Positions 63,312-64,000 of a stretch of 64,000 bases of DNA are shown one piece after another (the first letter of the stretch is position 1; every line of letters starts with the position of its first letter). The position numbers were made by a program, and so were the translations under genes. The stretch is from an uncultured Lachnospiraceae bacterium (GTDB lineage: Bacteria > Bacillota > Clostridia > Lachnospirales > Lachnospiraceae). The notes under the pieces are model-generated. The model did not search any database. It saw only the letters and a list, made by a program, of their open reading frames with translations, and was not told the DNA's origin. The stretch covers positions 15,026 through 79,025 of the forward strand of contig CALWLY010000017.1 in the NCBI GenBank assembly GCA_944381635.1, written 5' to 3'.

Positions 63312-63872
63312 ATGGAATACAGAATGCAGGTTCCTTTTTCAAAGGAAGACAGAGAAAAATTAAGATCCGGAGATTATGTGTATCTTACCGGAACTATTTA
63401 TACGGCAAGAGATGCCGCCCACAAACGGATGCAGGAAACCTTGGAAAGAAAGGAAGCGCTTCCTATTGACATAGAAGAACAGGTGATTTACTATATGGGA
63501 CCTTCACCCGCCAGGGAAGGAAGACCCATCGGCTCAGCAGGACCGACTACAGCCAGCAGAATGGATAAATATACACCGGCTCTTCTGGATTTGGGGCTGG
63601 GAGCCATGATAGGAAAAGGAAAGAGAACGGAAGAAGTAAAAGAGGCTATTGTCCGCAACCATGCAGTTTACCTGGCAGCAGTGGGAGGTGCAGGAGCACT
63701 TCTGTCAAAAGCGATAAAGCATGCAGAAGTAGTCGCCTATGATGATTTGGGAACAGAAGCGATTCGGAAACTGGAAGTGGAAAATTTCCCGGCTATCGTA
63801 GTCATTGACAGCGAAGGACATGACCTTTACCAGACCGCGATAAAAGAATATTGTACTGAGGAGAAAAAATAA
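63312..63872 (+). CDS. class I (Fe-S) fumarate hydratase / tartrate dehydratase family, beta subunit
   Basis: GDYVYLTGTIYTARDAAHKR ... GPTTASRMD ... MIGKGKR motifs. The start at 63312 follows AGGAG. Confidence 0.85.
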   Translation: MEYRMQVPFSKEDREKLRSGDYVYLTGTIYTARDAAHKRMQETLERKEALPIDIEEQVIYYMGPSPAREGRPIGSAGPTTASRMDKYTPALLDLGLGAMIGKGKRTEEVKEAIVRNHAVYLAAVGGAGALLSKAIKHAEVVAYDDLGTEAIRKLEVENFPAIVVIDSEGHDLYQTAIKEYCTEEKK

Positions 63873-63873
63873 A

Positions 63874-64000
63874 ATGCACAGAATTGTTTATATGGTATTA
63901 TCCCACCCTTTGAAAGCAGCCTATCTGTTTTCCAGAATTTGGTGGTGCAGCGTACAGAAAAAGAAAGACTATGCGGAAAGCTTCAAATGGGCCAAAAAGA
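63874..64000 (+). CDS. 5' end of an uncharacterised ORF running out of the window
   Basis: The ATG is 2 nt after the preceding stop, and the frame is open to the window end (MHRIVYMVLSHPLKAAYLFSRIWW...). No family call is possible. Confidence 0.3.
   Translation, partial: MHRIVYMVLSHPLKAAYLFSRIWWCSVQKKKDYAESFKWAKK

Noticed and set aside
1-64000. Defence islands, prophage, integrative elements, toxin-antitoxin pairs and CRISPR-Cas
   Set aside because: No integrase, transposase, recombinase, capsid/terminase, restriction-modification or cas-like translation appears in any frame. The only mobile-looking DNA is the non-coding 164-bp repeat family.

Overview
This is a core chromosomal segment from a low-to-mid GC Firmicute, Clostridia or Lachnospiraceae-like judging by gene content and strong AGGAGG ribosome-binding sites. 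I see no transposase, integrase, phage or defence genes. The window is dominated by glutamine and nitrogen assimilation genes: pyrG-gltB-gltD (-), type III glutamine synthetase plus glmS (+), hcp, thrS behind a Thr T-box, glnA with an ANTAR regulator and dapL (+), and carA-carB (-). The remainder is housekeeping and carbohydrate-active genes (GH38, GH43, GH85, PBP5-type carboxypeptidase, trmB, rsmA, tatD, ABC-F, aldo/keto reductases, hsp20, class I fumarate hydratase) plus two tRNAs (Pro-CGG, Lys-CUU). Three things are not explained by plain gene calls. (1) Four leaders (pyrG-gltBD, GSIII-glmS, glnA, carAB) each carry a short hairpin with a C-AA(A/C)GGC-G hexaloop. Its 3' half is the 5' arm of an intrinsic terminator, and in at least two cases it sits directly after a near-consensus promoter. 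With the ANTAR pseudo-receiver protein next to glnA, this looks like a glutamine-regulon antitermination circuit built on a single hairpin rather than the canonical dual ANTAR hairpin. (2) A sigI-rsgI module has an anti-sigma ectodomain ending in poly-aspartate. It is followed by a lipoprotein paralog of that ectodomain carrying a PepSY domain and about 11 DDADDIY heptads. The sigI and lipoprotein genes are both preceded by an identical ACCCC-N19-CGTATACT sigma-I-like promoter. (3) A 164-165 bp highly structured MITE-like repeat family with GTAAYAGTTCAGCC terminal inverted repeats is present as three full copies, one truncated copy and one end remnant. The full copies all lie in divergent promoter regions, two of them next to tRNA genes. 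All structures were found by eye; nothing was folded or searched computationally.
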